Positions 19,104 through 30,401 are shown, numbered from the stretch's first letter. The stretch is 64,000 nt of DNA from Halobacteriovoraceae bacterium (GCA_963719505.1 CAVRCF010000003.1:288001-352000); one strand, 5' to 3'. Made by a program: numbers and translations. The notes: generated from the letters alone by a model not told the origin.

Positions 19104-20954
19104 ATGTATTCAATAGGACTTATAGGACTACCCAATAGTGGAAAATCTGCTCTTTTTAACTCGTTGACTGGAAGTAGACAGAAAGTTGCAAACTTTCCTG
19201 GTATCACAGTAGAAAAAAAGATTGGTAGAAGAATTATTGAAGAAAAAGAAGTCATGATCGTCGATCTTCCAGGGATCTATACCTTTGATGCGACCTCATT
19301 GGATGAAAGAGTAACAAGAGATTATGTTTTAAATAACAGTGACAAAACCTCTGGCTATATTCTCGTTATCGACTCAACTAACCTTAAAAAAAGTCTCTAT
19401 CTTGCTCTTCAGCTTAAGGAGCTGGGTATCCCTTTTGTTGTCGCTTTGAATATGTTCGATTTGGCCAAAAAAAGAGGGTTAGAATTAAACCTAGATTTAC
19501 TTTCAGAAAGCTTGGGGGGAATAAGCGTTACGACCACTGTCGCTGTTAAAAAAGAGGGCTTAGATTCACTAGATAGATGCGTATCGGATTTTCTAAAAGC
19601 AGCAGATACTCATCCAAAGATAGAACACTCCTATATTCAAAAAATTAAAACACCAGAATATATAAAAGATAAACTGAACCACGTGGAAGATATTCTTTCA
19701 AAAATTACGATAAAAAAAATAAAAGCAGATAGTCTAACGTCAAAGATTGATTCTGTTGTCTTACACCCTGTTTGGGGACCACTTGTTCTCATGGGCGTGC
19801 TTATTTTTCTCTTTCAACTCCTCTTTGCCTGGGCCGATCCATTTATGGGATTAATAGAGATGGGGTTTGAAGTTATCGGTGGATTCATTGACTCTTCAAT
19901 CAGTGATGGATACCTCAAAAGTCTTCTTATTGATGGTATCATCGCAGGTGTTGGTGGAGTCGTCGTTTTCGTTCCCCATATCCTTTTTCTTTTTATTCTT
20001 ATTAATATTCTTGAAGATTTTGGTTATCTTGGAAGAGCGGCATTTCTTCTAGACTTTATCATGAGAAAACTAGGCCTTCCGGGAAAAGCTGTTATCCCTC
20101 TGCTTTCCAGTCACGCCTGTGCTATTCCGGGAATTATGGGAGCTAGAATTATCGAAAGTCCTTTTCAAAGAACGGTCACGATAATGATTTCCCCCCTTAT
20201 GGCCTGTTCTGCAAGATTACCGGTCTACACTCTTCTTATTGCAGCTATTGTTCCAGAGAAAAAGTTTCTAGGTCTTTTTGGACTTCCAGGGCTTACGATG
20301 TTTGCCCTCTATAGTTTTGGGATTGTGACAGCACTTATTATTGCGTTTATCACAAAGAAATGGGCCATCACTCCCACAGCGAACACTCTGATGATGGAGC
20401 TACCCGCTTATAGAACCCCAAATATCATAAATGTACTTAGGTCGGCTTGGCAAAAAGGTTTCCTGTTTTTAAAAAAAGCTGGGACCATTATTTTTGCACT
20501 CTCTATTATTTTATGGGGACTAGTCACATTCCCAGAACCACCGGCTGGGGCAACTGAGCCCGCTATCACTTATAGTGCCGCTGCAAAGATAGGAAGAACA
20601 TTTCAACCTGTGTTTGCACCACTTGGTTTTGATTGGAAGATGACGACTGCTCTTATCCCAAGTTTCGCTGCAAGAGAGGTACTTGTCGCGGCGATGGGAA
20701 CTGTCATGAGTGTGGAAGAAGAAGACGAAGATGCAATGATTACTGGGTTAAGTAAAAAGATGAGTAGTGAGTATAGTCTGGCGACATTAATGGCATTATT
20801 AATTTGGTTTGTTTTCTCACCACAGTGCATAGCAACTGTTGGAGTTATTAAAAAAGAAACGTCAGGTTATAAAATGCCTATAATTTTCATGGCTTACACT
20901 TTAGCTTTGGCCTATTTCTTCTCTTTTATCACTTATATTACATTCTCAGTGTAA
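19104..20954 (+). CDS. feoB: Ferrous iron transport protein B
   Basis: GLPNSGKS, VANFPGITVE, DLPG, NMFD, CAIPGIM and CSARLP motifs. Confidence 0.95.
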   Translation: MYSIGLIGLPNSGKSALFNSLTGSRQKVANFPGITVEKKIGRRIIEEKEVMIVDLPGIYTFDATSLDERVTRDYVLNNSDKTSGYILVIDSTNLKKSLYLALQLKELGIPFVVALNMFDLAKKRGLELNLDLLSESLGGISVTTTVAVKKEGLDSLDRCVSDFLKAADTHPKIEHSYIQKIKTPEYIKDKLNHVEDILSKITIKKIKADSLTSKIDSVVLHPVWGPLVLMGVLIFLFQLLFAWADPFMGLIEMGFEVIGGFIDSSISDGYLKSLLIDGIIAGVGGVVVFVPHILFLFILINILEDFGYLGRAAFLLDFIMRKLGLPGKAVIPLLSSHACAIPGIMGARIIESPFQRTVTIMISPLMACSARLPVYTLLIAAIVPEKKFLGLFGLPGLTMFALYSFGIVTALIIAFITKKWAITPTANTLMMELPAYRTPNIINVLRSAWQKGFLFLKKAGTIIFALSIILWGLVTFPEPPAGATEPAITYSAAAKIGRTFQPVFAPLGFDWKMTTALIPSFAAREVLVAAMGTVMSVEEEDEDAMITGLSKKMSSEYSLATLMALLIWFVFSPQCIATVGVIKKETSGYKMPIIFMAYTLALAYFFSFITYITFSV

Positions 20955-21047
20955 GAAAGTGTTAGGCAAATACTCTTAACATTTGGTCAGTTTTAGGAAA
21001 TTATAGCTCCTCATTACAAAGACGTATTGATGGTAACAGGAGTTTAC

Positions 21048-21908
21048 ATGGACAGATTTTTAGTACTTATAACAATGACGGCACTTTCATTAGGAGCTTT
21101 CGCAACAGACAAAGTTATCTACGGAGATGACAACAGAGTAGACGTATACGAGTCTACAAATTCAGACTTTGTTGAGCTTTCAAAAGCTACAGCAGCAATG
21201 ATCTCAACATCAAAAATGAAATTAAACAGATCAACAAATAGCTACAATATCAAAGCTGGAAAATTAGGTGACAGACTTAATGCATGTAAAGGCGAGAGAT
21301 TCGCTGAGCAACCAAGTGCAGCTAACTGTTCAGGTTTCCTAGTTGGAGATAAGTACCTTGTAACTGCAGGACATTGTATCGAAGATATGAGTGACTGTAA
21401 GGCAAGTAACTGGGTTTTCAATTACAAAATGAACAACAGCACTGAAGCAAACATGGATATTAAGGCAGAGAACGTATTTTCTTGTAAGAAAATAATCTCT
21501 CGTGAGCTTAGCAGATACAACAAAAATGACTATGCCCTTATCGAGCTAGATAGAGCAGCAGCTCATATTACTCCAGTTAAGTTTAGAACTTCTGGAAAAA
21601 TCCAAAAGAATGAAAAGCTTGTTGTAATTGGTCACCCAAGTGGTCTTCCAACAAAAATTGCTGACGGAGCTTATGTTAAGTCACTTTCTGGAAAATATTT
21701 CTCAGCAAACCTTGATACATATGGTGGGAACTCTGGTTCAGCTGTATTCAATGTCGCAACAGGCGAAGTTGAAGGAATTCTAGTGCGTGGAGCAACTGAC
21801 TATGTTAGCCGTGGTGGATGTAGAGTTTCAAACAGACTTGGAAATGATGAAGGAAACGGAGAAGACGTTACTTTCATTACAAACATCGCAGAATTACAGA
21901 ACTTATAA
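21048..21908 (+). CDS. Secreted trypsin-like serine protease
   Basis: Signal peptide; catalytic triad TAGHC / NDYAL / GNSGS; VIYGDDNR N-terminus. Confidence 0.9.
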   Translation: MDRFLVLITMTALSLGAFATDKVIYGDDNRVDVYESTNSDFVELSKATAAMISTSKMKLNRSTNSYNIKAGKLGDRLNACKGERFAEQPSAANCSGFLVGDKYLVTAGHCIEDMSDCKASNWVFNYKMNNSTEANMDIKAENVFSCKKIISRELSRYNKNDYALIELDRAAAHITPVKFRTSGKIQKNEKLVVIGHPSGLPTKIADGAYVKSLSGKYFSANLDTYGGNSGSAVFNVATGEVEGILVRGATDYVSRGGCRVSNRLGNDEGNGEDVTFITNIAELQNL

Positions 21909-21930
21909 TAAATAATTATAGATGTTAAAG

Positions 21931-21959
21931 AAGCCCTCTTATTTAGAGGGCTTTTTTTT
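21931..21959 (+). terminator. Intrinsic terminator
   Basis: AAGCCCTCT/AGAGGGCTT stem plus T run. Confidence 0.8.
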
Positions 21960-21982
21960 GTCAAAAACTAGGAACATAACCA

Positions 21983-22747
21983 ATGAAAATAATCTCGTGG
22001 AACGTTAATGGAATTAGAGCTTGTGTGAATAAAGGTTTTATAGACTTTTTAGAGACCGAAAAACCAGACATCGTTTGTCTCCAAGAAATAAAGGCCATGG
22101 AGGATCAGTTCCCCGAAGAGCTTATTGAGAGAAAAGAGCATTTTTACATTCATAGTGCAAAGAAACGTGGATATTCTGGGGTTTGTATCATTTCAAAAAA
22201 GAAGCCTGAAAACACGTGGACGGGTCTTGGAATTGAACAGTTTGATGATGAAGGAAGATGCTTAATTGCTGAATATAAGAATTTTATTCTTTTTAATTGT
22301 TACTTTCCAAACGGTCAAAGAGACCATGGAAGAGTTCCTTATAAGCTCTCTTTTTCTGATGCTGTCATGAAAAAAGCAAAAGAATTAAAAAAGAAAACAG
22401 GTAAAGAGATTATTATCTGTGGCGACTACAATACGGCCCATACTGAAATGGATCTCGCCAATCCAAAATCCAATAAAAATTCAACGGGCTTTTTACCAAT
22501 TGAGCGTGAATGGATGGATAAGTTTTTTAATAATGGATTTGTTGATACCTTTAGACATTTCACGCCTATGGATGAAAATGGACACTACACTTGGTGGACC
22601 TATAGAAGTAACTGTAGAGAAAAAAATGTGGGATGGAGGATTGATTACTTCTGTGTCACCAAAGAATTCTTAAAAAAGGTTAAAAAGTCTTACCACCTGC
22701 CAGAGGTTTTAGGTTCGGATCATTGTCCTCTTGCCATAGAGATTTAA
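21983..22747 (+). CDS. xth: Exodeoxyribonuclease III
   Basis: SWNVNGIRA, CLQEIK, GDYN, GWRIDYF, SDHCP. Confidence 0.95.
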   Translation: MKIISWNVNGIRACVNKGFIDFLETEKPDIVCLQEIKAMEDQFPEELIERKEHFYIHSAKKRGYSGVCIISKKKPENTWTGLGIEQFDDEGRCLIAEYKNFILFNCYFPNGQRDHGRVPYKLSFSDAVMKKAKELKKKTGKEIIICGDYNTAHTEMDLANPKSNKNSTGFLPIEREWMDKFFNNGFVDTFRHFTPMDENGHYTWWTYRSNCREKNVGWRIDYFCVTKEFLKKVKKSYHLPEVLGSDHCPLAIEI

Positions 22748-22768
22748 AGCTAAGGTCCTAGGAGCTCG

Positions 22769-23701
22769 TTACTTTTTAATCTCAAAACAAGTGTGAACTT
22801 TTAAGTCTCTATAGTCCTGGGGGATAGATTTTAGGGTGATGTCTTTTACTTTAAAAGTCTCACTGACCTCAGTATCTAGTCTAAAGTTTCTAAGATTGGT
22901 GGAGAAGTACAAAAGACCATCGTCTTTTAAAAGGTTCATACACATCTGAATCAGACCTGCGTGATCGCGACCAACACTAAATGTTCCATCCATACTCTTT
23001 GAATTTGAAAAACTTGGTGGATCACAAATAATAGTGTCGTATTTTTTTCTATCCGATCTTAAAAAATCAAAAGCATTTTGTTTGACAAAAATATGATCTT
23101 TAAACATGAGATGGTTGAGTCTGAAGTTATCCTTTGCCCAGTTGAGGTAAGTGTTAGACATATCGACTGTAGTGACATGGCCACCACCGATCGCAGCTGC
23201 AACTGAGATTGAACCGGTGTAAGCAAAGATGTTGAGAACTTCTTTGTCTTTTGACGTCTCGTTAACCATCTTTCTTAAAGGTCTATGGTCCAAGAAAAGT
23301 CCAGTATCTAAATAGTCGTAAAGGTTGACGTAGAAGAGACACTTTCTCTCTTTTACAGTTAGTTTTTCACCTTCATCGTCTTCTTTTTCGTATTGTTCTA
23401 TGCCTTCTTTAACTTCTCTTCTTTTAAGAATAATTCTCTCTTCTGGAATATTCATGACTTCTTTTATAGCTTCAAAAACTGCACCGATATGCTTGGCGCG
23501 TAAATTGAGCTCTTCATCTTCAAGTTTTTTACCTCTTTCAAACACTACTGCATTGTTTAAATAGATATCTACTATATAGGGATACTCAGGTATATCCCTG
23601 TCATACAGGCGAAATGCTTGAATAGATTCTTTATCTAACCATTTTCTCAATTTTTTAAAGTTTTTGGCCATGCGATTGGCGATAATAGAGTTGTTTTTCA
23701 T
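22769..23701 (-). CDS. rlmK: Stand-alone RlmK-like (RlmKL C-terminal half / RlmI family) rRNA methyltransferase
   Basis: RLYDRDIPEY, VNLYDYLDTGLFLDHR, NIFAYTGS and DPPSFSNSK motifs. Confidence 0.8.
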   Translation of the reverse strand: MKNNSIIANRMAKNFKKLRKWLDKESIQAFRLYDRDIPEYPYIVDIYLNNAVVFERGKKLEDEELNLRAKHIGAVFEAIKEVMNIPEERIILKRREVKEGIEQYEKEDDEGEKLTVKERKCLFYVNLYDYLDTGLFLDHRPLRKMVNETSKDKEVLNIFAYTGSISVAAAIGGGHVTTVDMSNTYLNWAKDNFRLNHLMFKDHIFVKQNAFDFLRSDRKKYDTIICDPPSFSNSKSMDGTFSVGRDHAGLIQMCMNLLKDDGLLYFSTNLRNFRLDTEVSETFKVKDITLKSIPQDYRDLKVHTCFEIKK

Positions 23702-23763
23702 AGTATTGGTTATATTATAGCTAGAGTTATAAACGTTAATATTTTGATTAGGTGTAGCATCAT

Positions 23764-24093
23764 ATGAGTGAAAAAGATATAGCAACAGGCGACCCAGGCG
23801 TTGCCACCATTGACGAAGTAAAAGTAAAAAAACCCGCTATGTATAAGGTTTTATTGCACAACGATGATTACTCCACAATGGAGTTTGTGATTCATGTGTT
23901 ACAGAAATTTTTCAATAAAAACTACGAAGAATCACATGCTATTATGCTTAAAGTACACCATGATGGAATTGGGATCTGCGGTATCTATACTCATGAAGTA
24001 GCTGAGTCAAAGACTTCAAAGGTGAATAAATACTCTAGGGCAAAGGGGCATCCATTAAAATGTTCTTATGAACCTTGCGATTCTGAAGATTGA
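23764..24093 (+). CDS. clpS: ATP-dependent Clp protease adaptor ClpS
   Basis: YKVLLHNDDYSTMEFV...HPLKC. Confidence 0.95.
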   Translation: MSEKDIATGDPGVATIDEVKVKKPAMYKVLLHNDDYSTMEFVIHVLQKFFNKNYEESHAIMLKVHHDGIGICGIYTHEVAESKTSKVNKYSRAKGHPLKCSYEPCDSED

Positions 24094-24145
24094 TACCATC
24101 TTATAAATGGGTATCGGAATGAAATTTTAGAAAAAAAGAGGATTT

Positions 24146-26510
24146 ATGATCAGTACCAAATTAGAACTTCTACTTAATACGGCCATTAGGCGAGCAAATA
24201 TTTTAAAACATGAGTTTTTAACAATTGAAAATGTGATGCTCTCACTTTTGACTGATGAAACAGTAAAGTCCACTCTCATCGATTGTGATGTTGATTTAAA
24301 AGAATTAAATGAGGACCTCAAAGCCTTCGTTGAAGATAAATCAAACTTTAGTCTTTTGACTGATGAAGAAATAGAGCAACTTGGACAAGAGCAGTTTGCC
24401 AATGATGATATGAGAAAGATTGCGAACTCAAGTGGTGTTTTCTATCAGCCAGAGATTAGTTTATCTCTTCAAAGGGTTATTCAAAGAGCTGCTGTTCACG
24501 TGCAACAGTCCGGTAAAAAAGAAATTATGCCACTGAACCTTTTGGTTGCTATGTATAGCGCTAAGGACTCACACGGAATCTACTTCTTGCAAAAGCAAGG
24601 TGTCGAAAGAATTACCTTGGTTGAAAAGATTGCTCACGGTTTAGATAAACCAGTTTCTGGGGACGATATTAATCATGATGATTTAGATCCTCTGGCAGGT
24701 GATGATAAAACAAAAAAAGTGCTCGAAGAATTTACAGTTAATTTAAATGAACTGGCACGAGCGGGAAAAATAGATCCTATCATCGGAAGAGAAGAAGAGT
24801 TGCAAAGAGCGATTCAAATTCTTTGTCGAAGAAGAAAAAACAACCCTATTTTTGTTGGAGAGGCTGGAGTTGGAAAAACGGCTATCGCTGAAGGATTGGC
24901 CCAACTCATTGAAGAGGATAAAGTTCCTGAGATTATATCTGGAACTCAGATCTTGAGTTTAGATATGGCTTCACTTTTGGCCGGAACAAAATTTCGTGGA
25001 GATTTTGAAGAAAGACTTAAAGCAATTATCAAAGCTGTCTCAAGTTTAGATAAAGATAAAGGCTCAATTCTTTTTATCGATGAAATTCATAATATTATTG
25101 GCGCAGGTTCAACGAATGCTGGAAGTATGGACGCTTCAAATCTTTTAAAGCCAGCTCTTAGTCGCGGAACTTTGAGAGTCATGGGAAGTACAACCTATGA
25201 TGAATACAGAAAATTCTTTGAAAAAGATCAGGCACTCTCAAGAAGGTTTCAAAAAATTGATGTTCATGAGCCAAGTCTTCCTGATACAGAAAAAATCTTA
25301 AGAGGCTTGAGATTCAAATTTGAAGAGCATCATAATGTGACTTATTCAGATGAAATAATTGAGCCTAACTGTTAATCTTGCCAATAAGCATATTACAGAT
25401 AGAAAACTTCCGGATAAAGCCATTGATGTTATTGATGAAGTGGGGGCTTATGCCAGAATAACTCATAAACCATCCGTTGATGATGTTTACACAATAAAAT
25501 CTGAAGATATTGAGAAAATTGTCGCAAAAATTGCTCGAATTCCTGAGAAAACAATCTCTGTGAACGAAAAAGACAAAATCAAGTATCTGGAAAGAGATCT
25601 TAAACTTCTTATTTATGGACAAGATGAAGCTGTTGATAAAGTATCAAATGCCATCATTTTATCCCGAAGTGGACTTGGGAATCAGAATAAGCCGATAGCT
25701 TCTTTTATCTTTGCTGGACCAACTGGGTGTTGGGAAGACAGAACTTGCGAAACAATTGGCGCTAACCATGGGAATTAACTTTGAGCGAATCGATATGTCT
25801 GAATATATGGAAAAACATGCTGTCGCAAAACTGATTGGTGCTCCTCCGGGTTATGTCGGTTTTGATCAAGGTGGAATTCTAACTGAAAAAATTAACAAAA
25901 ATCCTTATACAGTTCTTCTTTTAGATGAAATTGAAAAAGCTCATCCCGATGTCTTTAATATTCTCCTTCAAGTTATGGATCACGGAAAACTTACTGGATT
26001 CAAATGGGAAAACCACTGATTTTAGAAATGTTATTCTTATTATGACATCTAATGCTGGCGCAAAAGAGATGGAAGGCGGAAGTATAGGATTAGGTAAGAG
26101 TACAAAAGTGAATACTGGTAAACGTGATCAAGCACTTAAAAACTACTTCACCCCAGAGTTTAGAAATAGACTTGATGCAATTATTAACTTCAATCACTTA
26201 ACAGATGATAATATTCACTCGATTGTAGAGAAGTTTTTAATGGAATTAGAGAATCAATTAGTAGAAAAGAAGGTCGAGTTAGAGGTAACCAAAGAGGCAA
26301 TGGATTGGTTTGCAACTAATGGTTATGATCAAAAAATGGGAGCAAGACCTATTGGAAGACTTGATCGATGATAAGATCAGAAAGCCTCTGGCCAACGAAA
26401 TTCTGTTTGGAAAATTGGAGAATGGTGGGAAAGTTAAGTGCCAAATTAGTGGGCGATTCTAGTTGAATTTGAGTTTTTCGCCACAAAAAGAGGAAGAAAT
26501 TTCACTATAA
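24146..26510 (+). CDS. clpA: ATP-dependent Clp protease ATP-binding subunit ClpA (several apparent indels)
   Basis: [42 protein letters not shown] and MGARP across shifted frames; follows clpS. Confidence 0.92.
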
Positions 26511-26579
26511 TAGGTAAAAATAACAAATTAGGAAAATCACTTTTTTCTTAGGGGAAAAGTAAAAAAAAATTACAAGCAT

Positions 26580-26629
26580 AATAAAAGCCGAAACAAAGTT
26601 ATATCACGATGTTTCGGCTTTTTATTTTT
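26580..26629 (+). terminator. Long inverted repeat, probable clpA terminator
   Basis: AAAAGCCGAAACA-N14-TGTTTCGGCTTTT followed by T-rich sequence. Confidence 0.55.
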
Positions 26630-26712
26630 GGCTTCAACTTTTGGGACCTCAAAAAAAAGCTCAAGGGATTCACAAATAAGACCGAAATAAAAACAAAATT
26701 TATATTTTTTAT

Positions 26713-26741
26713 TTGCGTTAAAATAAAAAAGTGTTTATCCT
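26713..26741 (+). promoter_or_regulatory. Sigma70-type promoter of the histone H1-like gene
   Basis: TTGCGT-N17-TATCCT with an AT-rich UP region. Confidence 0.45.
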
Positions 26742-26790
26742 AAAATTGAATATGTTAATTTGATAATCATTTATTTCTGGGAGGAAATTT

Positions 26791-27163
26791 ATGGCAGTTA
26801 AGAAAAAAGCAACAAAAAAAGTAGCTAAAAAAGCTACAAAAAAGAAAGTAGCTAAGAAAGCGACTAAGAAAAAAGTGGCTAAGAAAGCAACTAAGAAGAA
26901 AGTAGCTAAGAAAAAAGTAGCTAAGAAGAAAGTAGCTAAGAAAGCGACTAAGAAAAAAGTAGCTAAGAAAGCAACTAAGAAAAAAGTAGCTAAGAAAAAA
27001 GCTACGAAAAAGAAAGTAGCTAAGAAAAAGCTAAGAAAAAAGTAGCTAAAAAAGCTACAAAAAAGAAAGTAGCTAAGAAAAAAGCTACTAAAAAGCGGCT
27101 AAAAAAGCAACTAAGAAGAAAGTTGCTAAGAAGACGACTAAAAAAGTAGCTAAAAAGAAGTAA
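26791..27163 (+). CDS. Histone H1-like Lys/Ala-rich nucleoid protein (KKVAKKATK repeats; frameshift near 27030)
   Basis: GGAGG RBS; tandem 15-27 nt repeats; the repeat continues in another frame to TAA 27161-27163, followed by a terminator. Confidence 0.85.
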
Positions 27164-27187
27164 TTAAAGCATCTTTTTGATACAAAG

Positions 27188-27219
27188 AAGGCCATTCCAT
27201 TAGGAATGGCTTTTTTTTT
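27188..27219 (+). terminator. Intrinsic terminator
   Basis: GCCATTCC/GGAATGGC stem plus T9. Confidence 0.85.
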
Positions 27220-27232
27220 GGGAGAAAACGAC

Positions 27233-27841
27233 ATGAAAACCATCAGCTTAGCGCTAAATCGACTCTTTTTTAAAGGATTGATAGTTGTCCTTCCTGTCAC
27301 ACTTACCATTTATTTGCTTATGGCCATCGCTACCAAAGCAGAAAATGTGTTTGGAACTCTGATAAAAGACCTTCTTGGTCCGTCTTTTTATGTTCCAGGA
27401 CTTGGAATCTTTCTCGCGGTACTAGCTTTAATTGGCGTTGGAATCCTTGCTGGTAACTTTTTAACAGGAAGAATTATCAAATTTGGTACTTCACAGTTTG
27501 AAAGACTGCCTTTTCTAAAAGCAATTTATAATCCCTTAAAAGATCTCATGTCTCTTTTTGGCGGCGACGACGAAAATAAAATGAAAAAAGTCGTGCTGGT
27601 TAATTTTGAAAAGCTCGGTTTTAGATCAATTGGTCTTGTGACACGTGAAGAGTTTTCAGATCTTCCTCCAGGATCGATCGCAGAAGATAATATTACAGTT
27701 TATATTCCTATGAGTTATATGCTTGGTGGTTTTACGGCCATTGTTCCAAGAAATAGTGTCACGGAAATAGATATGCCCGTTGAAAAAGCACTTAAACTTG
27801 CCATCACCGGATGGATTAAAGCCGATCCTAATGCAAATTGA
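27233..27841 (+). CDS. DUF502 domain membrane protein
   Basis: FFKGLIVVLPVTLT...RLPFLKAIY...VYIPMSY..GG...VP...MPVEKALK..ITG. Confidence 0.85.
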   Translation: MKTISLALNRLFFKGLIVVLPVTLTIYLLMAIATKAENVFGTLIKDLLGPSFYVPGLGIFLAVLALIGVGILAGNFLTGRIIKFGTSQFERLPFLKAIYNPLKDLMSLFGGDDENKMKKVVLVNFEKLGFRSIGLVTREEFSDLPPGSIAEDNITVYIPMSYMLGGFTAIVPRNSVTEIDMPVEKALKLAITGWIKADPNAN

Positions 27842-28484
27842 ATGTCCACTTTGTAAAAATTTAAAGATCAAAGAGTTTTATAAAGAGAAATTGCTCTTTA
27901 AACGCCTTTTTTATCGCTGTGAAGAGTGTTTACTTATTTTTTTAGATCCTAGGATGCATCTTCCTAAAAGCCTCGAGAAATCGAGATATGAGCATCACAA
28001 GAACGATAAAAGAAATGAAGGTTATGAAAAATTTCTAAGAACTCTTATCGATCCGCTAAAAGAATTTATTAATCCGAAAATGTATGGCCTTGACTTTGGT
28101 TGTGGACCTTATCCGATGCTTTGTGAAATTTTAAACGAAGATGGTTTTAATATAAAAGGTTACGACCCTTACTTTGAAGCAAATGAAGCACTTTTAAGAG
28201 GAAGCTATGACTATATTACAAGTTGTGAGGTCGTCGAGCACTTTAATGAACCGATAAAAAGTTTTGAATTGATAGATTCAATGCTTATTCCTGGTGGAAT
28301 TTTAGGATTAAAGACTTCAATTTACTCCGATGAGATCGATTTTGCTTCTTGGTATTATATCAAAGACGATACTCATATCAGTTTGTACTCCCAAGAGACT
28401 CTTGAGTGGCTGGCCAATCACTTCCATTATGAGGTCCAATCTATTTCCAAGACGACGGCTTTTTTCAAAAAGCTTCGAGGCTGA
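27831..28484 (+). CDS. Class I SAM-dependent methyltransferase with N-terminal zinc ribbon
   Basis: CPLC...CEEC, LDFGCGP, CEVVEHF, WYYIKDDTH. Confidence 0.85.
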   Translation: MQIECPLCKNLKIKEFYKEKLLFKRLFYRCEECLLIFLDPRMHLPKSLEKSRYEHHKNDKRNEGYEKFLRTLIDPLKEFINPKMYGLDFGCGPYPMLCEILNEDGFNIKGYDPYFEANEALLRGSYDYITSCEVVEHFNEPIKSFELIDSMLIPGGILGLKTSIYSDEIDFASWYYIKDDTHISLYSQETLEWLANHFHYEVQSISKTTAFFKKLRG

Positions 28485-28538
28485 CAAATTGCCTTAATTA
28501 ATCTATGGTGCTCCAAAGAACATCTCACGGAGAACTAA

Positions 28539-29993
28539 ATGGAAAAACCTACAAATTACCCAAGTAATCCTAAGCACTTATGGAATATTTTTTACGATTT
28601 TACCCAGACTCCAAGGCCTTCAAAGTATGAGGGGAAAATCTCTGAATACATTATTAACATCGCAAAAGATAAGAATTTAGAATTTAAAACTGATGATGTG
28701 GGCAATATTTTTATTTATGTACCTGGAAGGGGCTCAAGAAAGAATGCCCAACCGGTTATTATTCAGAATCATATTGATATGGTCACCGATGCGCTACCTG
28801 GAGTAAAGATTAACTTTAGAGAAGATCCACTAGAAATCGAGGTGGTTGATGGTTGGATTCAAGCAAATGGAACAACTTTGGGCGCAGATAATGGGATTGG
28901 ATGTGCGACTGCTCTTGCTACAATTTTTGATGATTCTTTAGAAAATCCACCTCTTGAACTTCTTTTTACAACAGATGAAGAAACTGGTCTCAATGGAGCT
29001 CAAGGTATTGATGTTTCCCATCTCACAGGCAAAAAAATGCTTAATCTCGACACTGAGGAGTGGGGAAGTCTCTACATCGGGTGTGCTGGGGGAATTGATT
29101 ACGATTTCAATAAAGATCTTGAGTTGAGTGAAGCTAAGATGGATAAAATCTTAAAACTTTCGGCTTCAGATTTTATTGGAGGTCATAGTGGTCTTGATAT
29201 CCATCATCAAAGAGGAAATGCTAATAAGGTTCTTTCAACAATTTTACAAAGAGTGAATCGACAAGTTGGCTTAGAACTCGAGAGTTTTCGATGTGGAAAA
29301 GCCCATAATATAATTCCACGAGATGGATTTTGTGTTTTTAGGGTCGATTCAAAAAATTTTGAGGCCGTAGAAAGAATAATTTCTGATTATGAGCTCGAAC
29401 TAAAAAGTTTTCTTCCAAAAAATGATCAAAAATTTAAATTTAGCTTAGAAATTATTGATTCTTCCGCTGAAAAAGTCATCTCAGGGCGTGAGCTTCAAAA
29501 TATTCTCACTTTTATGAACCTTTTTCCTCATGGGGCCCATTCTTATGATCTCAATAATCGAGAAATAACGGCAACAAGTAATAATATGGCCATCACGATC
29601 ATTATGAATGGAAAGTTTTATGCCCTGACCTCGCTTAGATTCTTTGATCGCAATGAAATAAAAGCAATTGAAGAGAAACTCATTGCTCTTAGTGAGGCAA
29701 GCCATATCAAATGGTCAAAAAACTCAGAATATCCTTCTTGGAAGCCCGTTATGGAGAATTCAGTTTTGGATACAGTCGTTGAGGTTTATAAAGAGACTTT
29801 TGGAGAGGAACCAGTTATAACTGCTATTCATGCTGGATTGGAATGTGGGATTCTTAGGGATAAGATTGGACCGATTGATGTTTGTTCTTTTGGACCAACG
29901 ATCACGGGAGCTCATTCTCCGGATGAGAAAGTTAATATCGAATCGGTTGAAAAGTTTTGGAAATTATTTAAAAATACACTAGCGAGGATCTAA
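28539..29993 (+). CDS. pepD: Aminoacyl-histidine dipeptidase (M20C)
   Basis: PRPS, QNHIDMV, TTLGADNGIG, DEETGL, GGHSG, HAGLECG, AHSPDE. Confidence 0.93.
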   Translation: MEKPTNYPSNPKHLWNIFYDFTQTPRPSKYEGKISEYIINIAKDKNLEFKTDDVGNIFIYVPGRGSRKNAQPVIIQNHIDMVTDALPGVKINFREDPLEIEVVDGWIQANGTTLGADNGIGCATALATIFDDSLENPPLELLFTTDEETGLNGAQGIDVSHLTGKKMLNLDTEEWGSLYIGCAGGIDYDFNKDLELSEAKMDKILKLSASDFIGGHSGLDIHHQRGNANKVLSTILQRVNRQVGLELESFRCGKAHNIIPRDGFCVFRVDSKNFEAVERIISDYELELKSFLPKNDQKFKFSLEIIDSSAEKVISGRELQNILTFMNLFPHGAHSYDLNNREITATSNNMAITIIMNGKFYALTSLRFFDRNEIKAIEEKLIALSEASHIKWSKNSEYPSWKPVMENSVLDTVVEVYKETFGEEPVITAIHAGLECGILRDKIGPIDVCSFGPTITGAHSPDEKVNIESVEKFWKLFKNTLARI

Positions 29994-29995
29994 AA

Positions 29996-30352
29996 ATGTC
30001 TTACGAAATTTACAAAATCATGCATATTGTCTCTATTGTTCTGTTTTTTGCCATTTATGGCATGGCCGCAGTCAAAGCCGTGAAAAATGAGAACATCAAA
30101 TTTGAAAAAATCGTTACTGGAGTTCTTCTTCTTTTACTTATTACTTCTGGAATGGGTCTTGGAGCAAGACTTGGTGTTATGAAAGGTGGATGGCCTTTGT
30201 GGCTACAAATTAAACTTGGTATCTGGTTTGTCATCGGTGCCTCTGGACATATGGTTCTTAAAAGATTTCCTCATTTTGCCATGAAATTTTTCTGGATTAT
30301 GATAGGCCTTCTGGTTCTTGCAAGTTATATGGCAAATTATAAAATAGGCTAG
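29996..30352 (+). CDS. SirB2-like 4-TM membrane protein
   Basis: YEIYKIMH...LLITSG...WLQIKL pattern. Confidence 0.6.
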   Translation: MSYEIYKIMHIVSIVLFFAIYGMAAVKAVKNENIKFEKIVTGVLLLLLITSGMGLGARLGVMKGGWPLWLQIKLGIWFVIGASGHMVLKRFPHFAMKFFWIMIGLLVLASYMANYKIG

Positions 30353-30401
30353 GCTTGCAAAAACTTGCCATCTTAGCTGATTGTTTTTACAATTAGTTGA
30401 T

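Noticed and set aside
26800-27160. Tandem repeats that could be mistaken for a CRISPR array or satellite
   Set aside because: No unique spacers; repeats are in-frame coding units with synonymous variation; no cas genes in the window
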